From an uncultured delta proteobacterium (lineage in GTDB: Bacteria > Desulfobacterota > Syntrophia > Syntrophales > Smithellaceae): a stretch of 64,000 nt of DNA. Each line of letters opens with the position of its first letter. The stretch's first letter is position 1. Of this stretch, positions 1 to 11,398 are shown in pieces. The stretch lies in contig CAWEQT010000001.1 in assembly GCA_963811325.1 (NCBI GenBank), forward strand, positions 1,301,859 through 1,365,858, read 5' to 3'. The notes under the pieces are model-generated. The model was not told the origin of the DNA. It searched no databases and worked only from the letters and a program-made list of their open reading frames with translations. The position numbers and the translations under genes are program-made.

Positions 1-607
1 ATAAAGTTAAAGCGGACTTTCTTTCATCTTTGTTAAGGTATTTGTTACGGGAACTCATTGCCAGTCCATCTGACTCGCGCACTGTGGGTGAACCTGTTAT
101 TTGAATGTCCATATTAAGATCGTCAACCATTCGTTTTATAGTGACGAATTGTTGAAAATCTTTCTTCCCGAAAACGGCAATATCAGGTTTAACGATATTA
201 AATAATTTATTGCAGACAGTGGCAACGCCGCGAAAATGCCCCGGACGTGACATTCCACACAGGTTTTGAGTTACTTTTTCGACAATAACATAGGTTTGAT
301 AATTCGCAGAATACATTTCCTTATCCGGCGGATAAAAAATCACGTCAACATTTACACTTTCGGCCATTTTCAAATCACGATCTAAATCGCGGGGATATTT
401 CGAGAAATCTTCCTTGGGACCAAATTGTGTAGGATTCACATAAATGCTGACAACGACGCAATCGGCCATTTTTCTCGCTTCCTTCATAAGAAAAAGATGA
501 CCTTCGTGAAAGTAACCCATGGTGGGAACAAATGCTATTTTTTTTCCTTCCATTCTGAGACTTGTGGAAAAAGACTGCATTTGTTTTACTGACTTAATAA
601 TTTTCAT
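1..607 (-). CDS. panC: Pantoate--beta-alanine ligase, 3' end cut off by the window edge
   Basis: Manual translation from ATG at 607: [11 protein letters not shown]...[12 protein letters not shown]...[30 protein letters not shown]...[12 protein letters not shown], all hallmark PanC motifs. Confidence 0.95.
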   Translation of the reverse strand, partial: MKIIKSVKQMQSFSTSLRMEGKKIAFVPTMGYFHEGHLFLMKEARKMADCVVVSIYVNPTQFGPKEDFSKYPRDLDRDLKMAESVNVDVIFYPPDKEMYSANYQTYVIVEKVTQNLCGMSRPGHFRGVATVCNKLFNIVKPDIAVFGKKDFQQFVTIKRMVDDLNMDIQITGSPTVRESDGLAMSSRNKYLNKDERKSALTL

Positions 608-616
608 CTTTACATT

Positions 617-648
617 AAAAAAGCCCTTCGTCGTATGACGAAAGGCTT
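617..648 (-). terminator. Intrinsic terminator in the panC leader
   Basis: Minus strand AAGCCUUUCGUC-AUAC-GACGAAGGGCUU stem followed by a U-run, about 10 nt before the panC start. Confidence 0.85.
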
Positions 649-671
649 AAAATATTTTCTAATTTTCCTTT

Positions 672-698
672 CGTCTCAGTCCTTATCGGATCCAAGCG
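672..698 (-). ncRNA. pan RNA motif hairpin (cis-regulatory leader of pantothenate genes)
   Basis: Minus strand CGCUUGGAUCC-GAUAA-GGACUGAGACG folds into a hairpin with two bulged A residues, located upstream of panC as described for the pan motif. Confidence 0.75.
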
Positions 699-786
699 AA
701 TTTAATTCTTTTTACATAATTTTAACTAAATTGTCAAGAAAAATTAATATACCTGTTTCCAAAAAATGATTTATTCTCCTTAATGT

Positions 787-2754
787 TTATTTAACAACCA
801 ATATTTGCCCCGGAATGATTTTTTCACTAATGGATATCTTATTTAATTCCATTAGTTTAGTTATATTTATATTATTTTTTTTGGCAATACTTTGCAAATT
901 ATCATTTTTTGTAACAATATATTTGCTCGTTCCTAATTTATCCACATCACTCGCCGATAATACATGTTTCTTTATCTTGGCTTTTTTAGCTGATTTTTTT
1001 ACATTCTTGTCGTTGTCATTCTCATCTTCTGAATTAACGCTGATTTTATTTTGTGAAAGTTTCAACATTTGGCCTGCATTGATTTTTCCGGTTTTTAAGT
1101 TGTTCCATTCTTTCAATTGATCCAATGGAATCGAAAAACGGCGAGAAATCATTGAAAGAGTCTCTCCTTTTTTAACCTTATACCGCCCTGAAGATGCGGT
1201 TTTCATTCGGTAATTTATTTGATGTGATTTGCTTTCCGCATAGTTCCTTTCCTTTGTTATTGGAATTGTAATCCTTCTTCCTTGAACCAGCTTCCTTTTA
1301 GAACCTAATCTGTTACATGATACTATCATGGAAACAGGGATATCATATTTTTTGGCAATCGAGTAAATCGTCTCACCCCTCTTTACCTTATGTTTTATAA
1401 AATCAGGACGGGCAGAAACAAAATGAGGCTTTTCAGCCAGGGGAATGTCATTGACAACCAAATTGAACTTATCCAGAGATTCTTCTGGGAGCTTTAAATT
1501 ATATTCATGATCAGGAGTTATCTTATATCTCAAATCTGAATTAAGTAAATTTAACACGTCTTCCGATACTTCAATTTTTTCCGCAATATCTTTAAGTTTC
1601 ATCATTTTATTGACCTTGACGGACTCAAAGGCAATTGGTTTTTCTGTATTGCTTAAATCATCAAATCCATACTTTTGAGGATTTTTGACTATATGCAATG
1701 TGGCGAGAAATCGGGGAACATAGCGAGCCGTTTCATTAGGCAGTTGTCTGTATAAATCCCAAAACCCATCCATGTAATTAATATTCTGCCTGGATATAAC
1801 TCTGAGCACCCTTCCCTCTCCACAATTATAAGCAGCCAGAACTGTTAGCCAGTCACCAAACATGCTATGCAATTCTTTTAAATAAGCAATAGCCGCCTTA
1901 GTAGACTCTTGCACATCCATGCGCTCATCGACCCACTCATCGCGGCTGAGACCAAATTTATATCCTGTTGAAGGAATAAATTGCCATAAACCGAGTGCAC
2001 GGGCGCGGGAATAAGCGTTAATTTTGAAAAAACTCTCAACTAGTGGAAGCCATAAAAGCTCTTCGGGGAGTCCTGCTTTTTTTAATTCTTTTAATATAGC
2101 AGAACGGTACATACCCGAACGTTGATAAGCAGCAATAAAGTTATCGCGTTCCGGACCTTGAAAAGATTTTATTTCTTTCTCTACATCAGCGTTCATGAGT
2201 AATGGCACTTCACTATTTTTACCGTTAATTACCGTATGCCTGGATGAATAAACAGCCAGAATGCGTCTGGAAATTAAAAGACGTAGATCATCTTTTTCTT
2301 GAGCAATGGTTACATCACCATTAGCGTCAAGGAGCAAAGAATAAGCTTCATCTAAGGTATCTAATGTTTTTTCTACATCTCCCTTATCCAAGAGTTTGTC
2401 GGCATCCTCCAGCAGTTCCAATGCTTTTTCCATTAAATCCTGCTTCTCTTCGCTGACCTGGCTTTGTTGTGTTGAGTTTGAATCCGAATTTGATTTGAAA
2501 GATTTATATTCTTCAAGTTGATCATTGTTTTCATCATCTGCATCTACAGGTTGATCTTGGTTTTTTATTGTTTCTTTTGCAATATCGCCGCTGGTGGCAA
2601 TTACAATTTTTCCATCAGTTCTTCTTTCCGTGATATTTTGAGCGCAGCCAAATAAAGGAAGAGCAAAAATCAAACAAAATATGATAATATAAGCAACACA
2701 GTCGCCTTTGGTTCTAATCATTGAAACAACTCCTTTGTTTTTCAAAACATGCAT
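787..2754 (-). CDS. Lytic murein transglycosylase (MltD-like SLT domain) with three LysM domains
   Basis: SLT motifs LPLVES, ALGLWQFIPSTG, AAYNCGEG, ETARYVP; LysM repeats HKVKRGETIYSIAKKY, YKVKKGETLSMISRRF, YIVTKNDNLQSIAKK. Confidence 0.9.
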   Translation of the reverse strand: MHVLKNKGVVSMIRTKGDCVAYIIIFCLIFALPLFGCAQNITERRTDGKIVIATSGDIAKETIKNQDQPVDADDENNDQLEEYKSFKSNSDSNSTQQSQVSEEKQDLMEKALELLEDADKLLDKGDVEKTLDTLDEAYSLLLDANGDVTIAQEKDDLRLLISRRILAVYSSRHTVINGKNSEVPLLMNADVEKEIKSFQGPERDNFIAAYQRSGMYRSAILKELKKAGLPEELLWLPLVESFFKINAYSRARALGLWQFIPSTGYKFGLSRDEWVDERMDVQESTKAAIAYLKELHSMFGDWLTVLAAYNCGEGRVLRVISRQNINYMDGFWDLYRQLPNETARYVPRFLATLHIVKNPQKYGFDDLSNTEKPIAFESVKVNKMMKLKDIAEKIEVSEDVLNLLNSDLRYKITPDHEYNLKLPEESLDKFNLVVNDIPLAEKPHFVSARPDFIKHKVKRGETIYSIAKKYDIPVSMIVSCNRLGSKRKLVQGRRITIPITKERNYAESKSHQINYRMKTASSGRYKVKKGETLSMISRRFSIPLDQLKEWNNLKTGKINAGQMLKLSQNKISVNSEDENDNDKNVKKSAKKAKIKKHVLSASDVDKLGTSKYIVTKNDNLQSIAKKNNINITKLMELNKISISEKIIPGQILVVK

Positions 2755-2883
2755 TAAAGAAATATCTTTTCATAGCTGCATTAATGAATACTTACAGATA
2801 TCATCATATAGCATAGTTTTATTTTTTCCCCAAATGAAATGATTACAAGTCTTCAAAGATAATCATTTCATAAATTAATATAT

Positions 2884-3997
2884 TTATAAGTTCCCTTTGT
2901 CAGTTGAAGAATGATTTGTGGTATTCATGAGATAGGCCTGAATAAATTCATCAATATCTCCATCCAGTACTCTATTGGCATTGTTATTTTCCAGATTTGT
3001 CCTGTGATCTTTAACCATTTTATAAGGATGCAGAATATAAGATCTGATTTGACTTCCCCAAGCGATATCTTTTTTCAATTTATTTTCTTCATCAATCTTT
3101 TCGTTTTTCAACTGGAGTTCCCTTTCATAAAGCCTTGATTTTAAAAATTTCATGGCCATTGCTTTATTTTGATACTGGGAACGCTCATTTTGACATTGCA
3201 CAATTATACCCGTAGGCAAGTGGGTAATTCTTACCGCCGAATCAGTTTTATTTACATGCTGACCGCCTTTACCGCCTGCCCGAAAAGTGTCAATACGCAA
3301 ATCATCTTCGTTAATTTCAATATTAATTTCATCATCTACTTCTGGATAAACAAAAACAGATGCGAATGATGTATGACGGCGGGCGTTGGCATCAAAAGGA
3401 GAAATACGGACCAACCGGTGGATGCCGATTTCCGCTTTAGCGTAACCGTAAGCATATTCACCTTCCAATGTAAATGATACGCTTTTAATACCAGCTTCAT
3501 CTCCCGCGAGAGAATCGATTATTTTCGTAATAAATTTCTTTTTTTCCGCCCAGCGTAAGTACATGCGCAACAATATTTCAACCCAATCCTGCGCTTCTGT
3601 TCCACCTGCTCCGGCATGTATAGAAACAATGGCATTCATGGAATCCTGTTCACTGTTAAGCATCATATTAAGTTCTACCTGATTAACTGCCGAACTCAAT
3701 TGCTCCAATTCAGCGGACAGATCCTCTAGAACCTGCTCATCTTTTTCCTGGATTGCGAGGCTCCCGATATTTTCAATATCGCTGATTTGGCTATTAAACT
3801 TTTCCCACCTATCCAACGTTTCCGCAAATTTTGCCTTCTTTTGCAGAACTTCACGGGCATTCTCCTGATCATTCCAAAAGTCTTTTTTTAAACATAAATC
3901 TTCTAAATCTTTTATTTTAAGTTTCATTTCTGAAACGTCAAAGACAGTCCCCTATGTACTTTATTCTTTTTTTCAAATTACTTACTGCTTCTTGCAT
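2884..3997 (-). CDS. prfB: Peptide chain release factor 2 with programmed +1 frameshift
   Basis: GGQ motif, SPF motif, GSQIRSY. Short upstream frame MQEAVSNLKKRIKYIGDCL ends at CTT-TGA-C (3943-3937); the +1 frame joins the ORF starting at 3927. Confidence 0.95.
3937..3953 (-). other. prfB +1 frameshift site
   Basis: AGGGGACTGTCTTTGAC: SD-like purine run followed by the canonical CUU UGA C slip site. Confidence 0.9.
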
Positions 3998-5576
3998 GTT
4001 TTCGACCGGCATTTCGAATCCTCCCTTTAAAACTTATAAAAAAATAAAAGATGATCAACACAAAACAAATTATAACTAATATATCACCATATTCAGCGTA
4101 GAAGGTTGGTATATTGACAAATTTTATGTAACCTTTCAAGGCATCTTCTCGAAAAATTTTTGTTTCCGCAATTATCTTGCCGCCGGGATCAATAATTCCG
4201 CAAATACCGGTATTGGCGGCTCTTACCAGATAGAGTCGCGTCTCCACTGACCTGAAAACTGCCATGGAGAAATGCTGAAAAGGCGCTGAGGTTTTACCGA
4301 ACCAGGCATCATTGGTAATATTAACCAATAAACCGGCAGAATTATTTTTATACATTCTGGCGGCAGATGGCAATATGCTTTCGTAACAAATCAAAATTCC
4401 AATTTTTTTATTATCCAAAGATAATGGATTAAATCCTGCTCCCAGGCCAAAATCACCGATGCCGGCAGTTAATTTCTTAACGAATGGGAAAACATCTCTT
4501 AACGGCACATATTCGCCATAGGGAACAAGATGAACTTTATCATACTTGCCTTTAACTTCACCGGATGGAGACAGCAGATACGCACTGTTGAAAAAATCAT
4601 CACCGTATTCTGTTTGCGAACGACTCACAGAACCAAATAATAACCAGCTTTTCGTTTTAAGCGATAAATTTATAATCTGATCGTGCAAACTATTTATATT
4701 TTGAAACAAAAATGGAACAGCCGTTTCCGGCCAGATAATTAAACTTCCATTTCCCGGTGAGTTTTTTAAAGAAAGTTGCTCATATATGTTTAATGTTTCT
4801 CTCTGGTAATTTTCATTCCATTTTATAGACTGATCAATGTTGCCCTGTATTAACGATACTTCCATGCCTGGCGAATTTTGTACGGCTTTGTTAACTTGAT
4901 CTATGCGGCAAATGCCGTAAATGTAAATTCCGGCCAAAACAATAAAAACAACGCAAGCCACTATATATTCTCTCTTAGATCTTTTATTTATAACTTCAAA
5001 TATAGTTGCATTAATTAAAACTATTAGAAAAGACAAACCAAACACACCGGCTATATCGGCAAATTGAAGAAGATAAGTGTTTAGGTACTGGGAATAACCA
5101 AAATTTTCCCAAGGGAAACCTGTAAGCAGAAATGATTTACTATACTCAAAACAAATCCACAAAACTGGCGCAGTTAAATAAAGGGATATTTTCCCCCGGA
5201 AATATACAATGCATCCTGCAAACAAAGCGATATAAATGCTTAAATAGCAGGCAAGAAGCAACATTAAAGTAATACCTGCATATAAAGGCAGATAACCATA
5301 ATTTATAATTACAAACGCAATCCAATAAATTATTCCAATATAGCTGACAATTCCAGCGATAAAACCTAAAAGTAATCCCTGAGTAAATGTCGTAGCTTTC
5401 TTTAGAGCGAAAAAAAGAGGAATAAGAGCTATCCAGGCAAGCCAGCCGGAGCCGTACTTGGGAAAAGATAAAAATAATAACACGCCACTTAAAAAAGCTA
5501 AAAAAATGGTATTGCGTGTGAAAAAAATGATTGAACTTGATTGTAGATCATTGATGGTTTTTATTTTATTCTTCAT
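3978..5576 (-). CDS. lnt: Apolipoprotein N-acyltransferase
   Basis: N-terminal TM helices, TGFPWENFGYSQ, IIWPETA, YDKVHLVPYGEY, LICYES, VNITNDAWFG, RAANTG. Confidence 0.95.
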   Translation of the reverse strand: MKNKIKTINDLQSSSIIFFTRNTIFLAFLSGVLLFLSFPKYGSGWLAWIALIPLFFALKKATTFTQGLLLGFIAGIVSYIGIIYWIAFVIINYGYLPLYAGITLMLLLACYLSIYIALFAGCIVYFRGKISLYLTAPVLWICFEYSKSFLLTGFPWENFGYSQYLNTYLLQFADIAGVFGLSFLIVLINATIFEVINKRSKREYIVACVVFIVLAGIYIYGICRIDQVNKAVQNSPGMEVSLIQGNIDQSIKWNENYQRETLNIYEQLSLKNSPGNGSLIIWPETAVPFLFQNINSLHDQIINLSLKTKSWLLFGSVSRSQTEYGDDFFNSAYLLSPSGEVKGKYDKVHLVPYGEYVPLRDVFPFVKKLTAGIGDFGLGAGFNPLSLDNKKIGILICYESILPSAARMYKNNSAGLLVNITNDAWFGKTSAPFQHFSMAVFRSVETRLYLVRAANTGICGIIDPGGKIIAETKIFREDALKGYIKFVNIPTFYAEYGDILVIICFVLIIFYFFISFKGRIRNAGRKHARSSK

Positions 5577-6399
5577 TTATACTATTAGATTTTATTTTTT
5601 TAATTTTAACTCTTTTAATACTGCGTTCATCGGCATTTTCAATTGTAATTTCCAAGTTTTCTATTTGAAATTTTTCTCCGGTCTGAGGAATCCTTTTAGT
5701 CGAATCCAGTATTAAGCCGCTTAGAGTCTCATATCTGCCTTTTTTCAAGTTAATATTTAAGTGCTCTTCAATTTTTTCTATTTCCATCCGGCCGTCGAAT
5801 ATTAATGATCCATCCGGCGATTGGGAAATTCCATTGGCAGCCGTATCAGTTTCATGTTCATCACGAATTTCTCCGACAATTTCCTCGAGAAGATTCTCCA
5901 ATGTCACTAATCCGGCCGTCCCGCCATATTCATCAATAACTATCGCTATGTGTTTTTTATTTTCTTTTAATTCATAAAACAATAAATGCGTATTTTTTGT
6001 TTCAGGAATATAATATGGAGTGCTTAAACAAGATAATATATCTTCTTTGGTAATTTGCTTCGACCAGAATTTAAGGATGTCCTTAACATTTAAAATGCCG
6101 ATAATATTATCAATAGTATCCCTGTATACAGGAATCCGCGTATGCCTTGACGCGATTACTTCATTGATAATTTCCTCAATTTCCGCCTCCGTGCTTACAG
6201 CAACAATCTCCGTACGTGGAATCATTATTTCACGAACTAAGGTATGGGTAAACTCTAAAATATTTTCAATTATTTCCTGCGAGGAAGGATCTATCAGACC
6301 ACTTTTCTGCGCTCTGGACAATACGGCGTCAATCTTATTTTTAATATATTTATTTTCGCGCCAGAAAAAAAGTTTGAGAATGATTTTTGTGATATTCAA
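5566..6399 (-). CDS. CorC/HlyC family CBS-domain protein (probable TTG start at 6399)
   Basis: VREIMIPRTEIV, HTRIPVY, IAIVIDEYGGTAGLVTLENLLEEIVGEIRDE, C-terminal CorC domain. The track start at 6567 overlaps the upstream gene. Confidence 0.88.
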   Translation of the reverse strand: MNITKIILKLFFWRENKYIKNKIDAVLSRAQKSGLIDPSSQEIIENILEFTHTLVREIMIPRTEIVAVSTEAEIEEIINEVIASRHTRIPVYRDTIDNIIGILNVKDILKFWSKQITKEDILSCLSTPYYIPETKNTHLLFYELKENKKHIAIVIDEYGGTAGLVTLENLLEEIVGEIRDEHETDTAANGISQSPDGSLIFDGRMEIEKIEEHLNINLKKGRYETLSGLILDSTKRIPQTGEKFQIENLEITIENADERSIKRVKIKKIKSNSINEE

Positions 6400-6416
6400 A
6401 AATATTTCCCCCTGAA

Positions 6417-7289
6417 TTATAAGCCGCGCAAATATTCCGGCCTGATCTGGCTTAAGTCTTCTTCCTTGATTACCGAACCGATCATTTTTAAAATTTTTTC
6501 TTTTTCCCGGGGTAAATAGGCTTTTACTGATAAATAATTGGAAGCATGGTTTGAAGTAAAATAGCAACTAGTAAAATTTGATTCGGCGATCATTAAATAA
6601 AGCTCACGGATAAAACCAAACATATCCGGTAAAACAAAACAGCCGGCAAGATAATCTTCATATAATTCTGTTTCCGGCACGAACATCAAAGTAAGAGCGC
6701 CAACATAGTCCGGATCTATATCGCTTAAAATTTTTGCCGTATCATGCGCATGTTCAATGCTTTTCTCAACACCACCCAGTCCCAATATCACCGTTACAGA
6801 AAGTATAATGCCCGCTTCCTTGACGCGGCGTCCTGCTTCTACCATTTGTTCGTAAGTTACACCCTTGTTGATTTTTTTAAGTAGTTCGACGTTACCTGTT
6901 TCTACACCTAAATAAATTATCTTTAAGCCCAAGGCTCTGAACGTCTTTAATTCATCAACGCTTTTTCTTAATATACTTTTGGCATTGGCATAAATCCCTA
7001 TTCTATTTATATTTGGCAGGTTATCATTAATTAATTTAAGTATTTCTTCAAGGAGTGGCTTTGGTATTATCAAAGCATCTCCATCGCATAAAAACACTCT
7101 GCTCATATCCTCATAAAAACTGGCTTCACGCAGATCTTTTTTTATTTGTTCCAAAGATTTAATCTTTAACTTTTTTTGCCGGTAAGTTCCGCAAAATGTA
7201 CATTTATTATGTGAACAGCCAACAGTTACCTGCAAAAGCAAACTGTAAGCTTCGCTCGGTGGTCTTATTATTAATCCTTCATAATCCAT
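6417..7289 (-). CDS. Radical SAM protein of unknown function
   Basis: CSHNKCTFC (CxxxCxxC), FLCDGDAL, YLGVETG. Confidence 0.85.
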   Translation of the reverse strand: MDYEGLIIRPPSEAYSLLLQVTVGCSHNKCTFCGTYRQKKLKIKSLEQIKKDLREASFYEDMSRVFLCDGDALIIPKPLLEEILKLINDNLPNINRIGIYANAKSILRKSVDELKTFRALGLKIIYLGVETGNVELLKKINKGVTYEQMVEAGRRVKEAGIILSVTVILGLGGVEKSIEHAHDTAKILSDIDPDYVGALTLMFVPETELYEDYLAGCFVLPDMFGFIRELYLMIAESNFTSCYFTSNHASNYLSVKAYLPREKEKILKMIGSVIKEEDLSQIRPEYLRGL

Positions 7290-7391
7290 AATTTGATCTT
7301 TTTTTCTTTTTAAAATTTATAATAATCTATAATATTCTCCTAACTTATTTTTTATATCAGAGATTGATAAAAAGCAAGGCTTAAGCTAAAT

Positions 7392-7424
7392 AAAAAAGGG
7401 AACCATTATTAACATGGCTCCCTT
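7392..7424 (-). terminator. Terminator after the tRNA pair
   Basis: Minus strand AAGGGAGCCAU-loop-AUGGUUCCCUU followed by a U-run. Confidence 0.75.
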
Positions 7425-7432
7425 AGATTTTC

Positions 7433-7509
7433 TGGCGGGGCCGATGGGACTTGAACCCACGCCCTCCGGCGTGACAGGCCGGCGTTATAACCAACTTAAC
7501 TACGACCCC
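7433..7509 (-). tRNA. tRNA-Asp(GTC)
   Basis: GGGGTCGTAGTTAAGTTGG...GCCTGTCACGCCGG...GGTTCAAGTCCC...CCA cloverleaf. Confidence 0.97.
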
Positions 7510-7554
7510 AAAAAATCATTTCAATTTTATTTTCGCTTTCTCAATTTAGCATAA

Positions 7555-7630
7555 TGGTAGGCGGAACAGGGATCGAACCTGTGACATCCACGGTGTAAGC
7601 GTGGCGCTCTCCCAGCTGAGCTACCCGCCC
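7555..7630 (-). tRNA. tRNA-Val(TAC)
   Basis: GGGCGGGTAGCTCAGCTGGGAGAGC CCACG-CTTACAC-CGTGG...GGTTCGATCC...CCA. Confidence 0.97.
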
Positions 7631-7708
7631 ATAACACATTTAAAAACACTTTGAGGTTTCTAGCAACATTGATATTGCTTGTCAAGTCATAAAAGCACTA
7701 AAAACCTT

Positions 7709-10114
7709 TTAATTCACTGCTTGGGAACTTATTGGAACATCTGTAGGAACTGTTGGTTTAATATCTTCTTCATCCTGAACAAATGCAATTTTAAGAACTT
7801 CATCAATATGTTCGGCAAAAATAATTTTCAGCGCATTCTGAACATTTTTTGGAACTTCCGCCAGATCTCTTTCATTATCTTTCGGAATAATCACTGTTTT
7901 AATATTACCCCTGTGAGCTGCAAGGATTTTTTCTTTGAGTCCGCCAATCGGCAAAATTCTGCCCCTTAATGTAATTTCACCGGTCATAGCAATATCCGCA
8001 CGCACTTTTTTCTGCATAAGAACTGAAGCTATGGAAGTAGCCATAGCAATACCAGCAGAAGGACCATCTTTGGGAATCGCTCCTTCCGGAACATGCACAT
8101 GAATATCAATTTTCTTATAAAAATTCTTTGCCAGGCCGAATTGATCGGCGCGAGCACGAATGTAACTCAATGCAGCTTGAACCGATTCCTGCATCACATC
8201 GCCTAACTTACCTGTCATTATCATCTTGCCGGTGCCTTCCATAATGGAGGCTTCGATAGATAAAAGTTCTCCGCCGACTTCCGTCCAGGCTAATCCAACT
8301 GTCAGACCAATTTTGCTTTTTTCTTCTATTTCACCATGATGGTATTTGGGCACGCCCAAATACTTGGATATGGACGTAGAACTGATAAACATTCTTTTCT
8401 TATTATCATTGCTCACTATCTCCCTGGCTACTTTCCGGCAAATGGAAGCAATCTCCCTGTCAAGATTACGCACACCGGCTTCCCGTGTGTATTGGCGGAT
8501 AATTTTCAGCAAAGCTCCATTAGTAAATTCGATATTTTCAATCATCAGGCCATTAGCTTTCACTTGCTTAGTAATCAGAAATTTTTTCGCTATTTGCAGC
8601 TTCTCCGGTTCCGTGTATCCTGCAATCCTGATTACTTCCATTCTGTCCTGCAACGGAGCTGGTATTGTTTGCAAAACGTTTGCTGTAGTAATGAACATTA
8701 TTTCCGACAAATCATAATCAATATCAAGATAGTTATCATTAAACGCAAAATTCTGTTCCGGATCCAGAACTTCTAACAGAGCGGATGAAGGATCTCCTCT
8801 AAAATCAGAGCTAAGCTTATCTACTTCATCCAGACAAAAAACTGGATTGTTGGAACCGGCTTTTTTTAACAACTGAATAATCTTCCCAGGCATAGCCCCA
8901 ATATAAGTTCGACGATGGCCTCGAATTTCCGCTTCATCGTGAACGCCTCCAAGAGAGATACGAACAAATTTCCTGTTTGTGGCTCTGGCAACTGATTTAG
9001 CAATAGATGTCTTTCCTACGCCCGGTGGACCAACAAGACACAAAATCGAACCTTTATTTTTCTTAACCAGCGATTGTACGGCAAGGTATTCGATAATGCG
9101 TTCCTTAACACCCTTCAATCCAAAATGATCTTCATCCAGAATCGCTTCGGATTCCTTCAGCGTGTGTTTATTTTCTGTTTTTTCCGACCAGGGCATGTCC
9201 AGTATCCAGTCAATATAATTTCTGACTACTGTAGCTTCTGCAGACATAGGGGTCATCATTTGTAATTTTTTAATTTCCTGCCGGACCTTTTTCACCGCCT
9301 CTTCCGGCATTTTCTTTTGCTTTAAACGTTTTTCTAAATCGTTTATTTCGTTGCGGAAATCATCTTTATCTCCCATTTCCTTCTGAATAGCCCGCATTTG
9401 TTCGTTAAGATAATAATCCTTTTGCGTCTTTTCCATCTGCTTTTTAACGCGTCGCTTGATCTTTTCTTCAACCTGCAAAATTTCGATTTCGGAAAGCATC
9501 AGGGTATAAATTGCTTCCAGCCGTTCGCCAATGTCAAACACCTCTATAATTTTTTGTTTATCTTCCAATTTTACATTAAGGTGAGTAATAACGACATCGG
9601 CTAGCTTTGAACCATCTTCAATTGCGGCAATTGTTCCCAACATTTCAACATGGATTTTTTTGCTGAGTTTCAGATAAAGCTCGAAAGATTCTTTAATGCT
9701 TCTCATTAGGGCTTGCTTTTTCACATCATTTTTATCATCAATATCCTCAATCTCATTTACCTTAACCAGGAAGAAATCATTGTTAGGTAAATATTCTTTT
9801 ATGGCACCGCGAGTTTTCCCTTCAACAAGCACCTTGACTGTCCCGTCAGGCAAGCGCAATAGTTGAATGATAATGCCTATTGTGCCAATATGATTGATAT
9901 CTCCCGGCTTCGGGTCATCATCTTTGGCATTCTTCTGGGCTACCATGAAAATACTTTTTTCATATTTCATCGCTGATTCCAGAGCAGCAATGGATTTTTC
10001 GCGCCCGACAAAAAGAGGCACAATCATATGTGGAAACATAACAACATCCCTCAGCGGTAAGAGAGGAATCGTTATTGTTTTATCCTGATCATTGTTTTTA
10101 TTTTCATCAAACAT
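7709..10114 (-). CDS. lon: ATP-dependent protease La
   Basis: [11 protein letters not shown]-domain, Walker [17 protein letters not shown] catalytic Ser region. Confidence 0.98.
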   Translation of the reverse strand: MFDENKNNDQDKTITIPLLPLRDVVMFPHMIVPLFVGREKSIAALESAMKYEKSIFMVAQKNAKDDDPKPGDINHIGTIGIIIQLLRLPDGTVKVLVEGKTRGAIKEYLPNNDFFLVKVNEIEDIDDKNDVKKQALMRSIKESFELYLKLSKKIHVEMLGTIAAIEDGSKLADVVITHLNVKLEDKQKIIEVFDIGERLEAIYTLMLSEIEILQVEEKIKRRVKKQMEKTQKDYYLNEQMRAIQKEMGDKDDFRNEINDLEKRLKQKKMPEEAVKKVRQEIKKLQMMTPMSAEATVVRNYIDWILDMPWSEKTENKHTLKESEAILDEDHFGLKGVKERIIEYLAVQSLVKKNKGSILCLVGPPGVGKTSIAKSVARATNRKFVRISLGGVHDEAEIRGHRRTYIGAMPGKIIQLLKKAGSNNPVFCLDEVDKLSSDFRGDPSSALLEVLDPEQNFAFNDNYLDIDYDLSEIMFITTANVLQTIPAPLQDRMEVIRIAGYTEPEKLQIAKKFLITKQVKANGLMIENIEFTNGALLKIIRQYTREAGVRNLDREIASICRKVAREIVSNDNKKRMFISSTSISKYLGVPKYHHGEIEEKSKIGLTVGLAWTEVGGELLSIEASIMEGTGKMIMTGKLGDVMQESVQAALSYIRARADQFGLAKNFYKKIDIHVHVPEGAIPKDGPSAGIAMATSIASVLMQKKVRADIAMTGEITLRGRILPIGGLKEKILAAHRGNIKTVIIPKDNERDLAEVPKNVQNALKIIFAEHIDEVLKIAFVQDEEDIKPTVPTDVPISSQAVN

Positions 10115-10135
10115 ATTTTTCCCCGTTTATTCCTT

Positions 10136-11398
10136 TTATGCAGATTCAGATTTAGTTTCGTAAATCAAAATTGGTTTTTCTTTTTTTAACACGACATCTT
10201 CACTAATAACACATTCCTTAATATTGTTTTGAGACGGAATATCATACATAACTTCCAACATTGTGTTTTCCAGTATTGAGCGTAAACCGCGCGCTCCGGA
10301 TTTTCTTTCGGTTGATAAACCGGCTATGGCTCTCAGAGCCCCGTCTGTAAATTTCAAAGATACATTTTCTAAAGCAAACAATTTTTTATATTGTTTTATT
10401 ATGGCATCTTTCGGCTCAACCAGAATTTTGATTAAAGCCAATTCATCCAATTCATCCAAAGTGGCGATAACGGGCAACCGCCCGATAAATTCAGGTATTA
10501 ATCCGAATTTTAATAAATCTTCCGATCTTACTTCAGCAAGCAATTCACCAACTCTTTTTTCTTTCTTACTTTTTATTTCGGCGCCGAAACCCATCGCATT
10601 AACTCCCAATCTTTTGGAAATGATGTTTTCCAGATCATTAAAAGCGCCACCGCAAATAAATAAAATATTTGTTGTATCTACCTGGATAAACTCCTGTTGA
10701 GGATGTTTACGACCACCTTTAGGAGGTATATTGGCCATCGTTCCCTCCATAATCTTCAACAGGGCCTGCTGGACTCCTTCACCGGAAACATCTCTGGTTA
10801 TGGAAGGATTTCCTGATTTTTTCGCAATTTTATCTATCTCGTCAATATAAACAATTCCTTTTGACGCTTTGGCAACATCATAATCGGCATTTTGCAGTAA
10901 ACTTAAAATAATATTTTCTACATCTTCGCCAACATATCCGGCTTCAGTTAAAGTTGTAGCATCAGCAATTGTAAAAGGAACATTGAGAAATTTTGCCAGA
11001 GTTTTAGCCAGTAATGTTTTACCAGAACCAGTAGGACCAATTAAAAGCACATTGCTTTTTTGAATTTCTACTCCGTCAGATTCAACGTGGGAAAATAATC
11101 TTTTATAATGATTATAAACGGCAACCGACAAAATTTTCTTGGTTTTTTCCTGACCAATTACATACTGGTCCAAGAATTTCTTAATTTCTTTCGGATAGGG
11201 CAACCCCTTGGACGAATCTTTTTCTATAAGCTTATCTTCTTCTTCCTCAACAATATACCGGCAAAGCTCAATACATTCATCGCAAATATAGGCCGTCGGA
11301 CCGGCAACTAGTTTTCGCACCTCACTTTGCATTTTTCCACAAAAAGAACAAATAAGCATTCCATCATCCATTCTATTATTCTTGCCTTTTCTTATCAC
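10136..11398 (-). CDS. clpX: ClpX ATP-binding subunit
   Basis: Zn finger CSFC...[26 protein letters not shown]. Confidence 0.98.
   Translation of the reverse strand: MIRKGKNNRMDDGMLICSFCGKMQSEVRKLVAGPTAYICDECIELCRYIVEEEEDKLIEKDSSKGLPYPKEIKKFLDQYVIGQEKTKKILSVAVYNHYKRLFSHVESDGVEIQKSNVLLIGPTGSGKTLLAKTLAKFLNVPFTIADATTLTEAGYVGEDVENIILSLLQNADYDVAKASKGIVYIDEIDKIAKKSGNPSITRDVSGEGVQQALLKIMEGTMANIPPKGGRKHPQQEFIQVDTTNILFICGGAFNDLENIISKRLGVNAMGFGAEIKSKKEKRVGELLAEVRSEDLLKFGLIPEFIGRLPVIATLDELDELALIKILVEPKDAIIKQYKKLFALENVSLKFTDGALRAIAGLSTERKSGARGLRSILENTMLEVMYDIPSQNNIKECVISEDVVLKKEKPILIYETKSESA

Noticed and set aside
6400-6567. N-terminal extension of the CorC-like ORF in the track
   Set aside because: It overlaps the radical SAM gene; an SD-like run and TTG at 6399 give a normal-length protein
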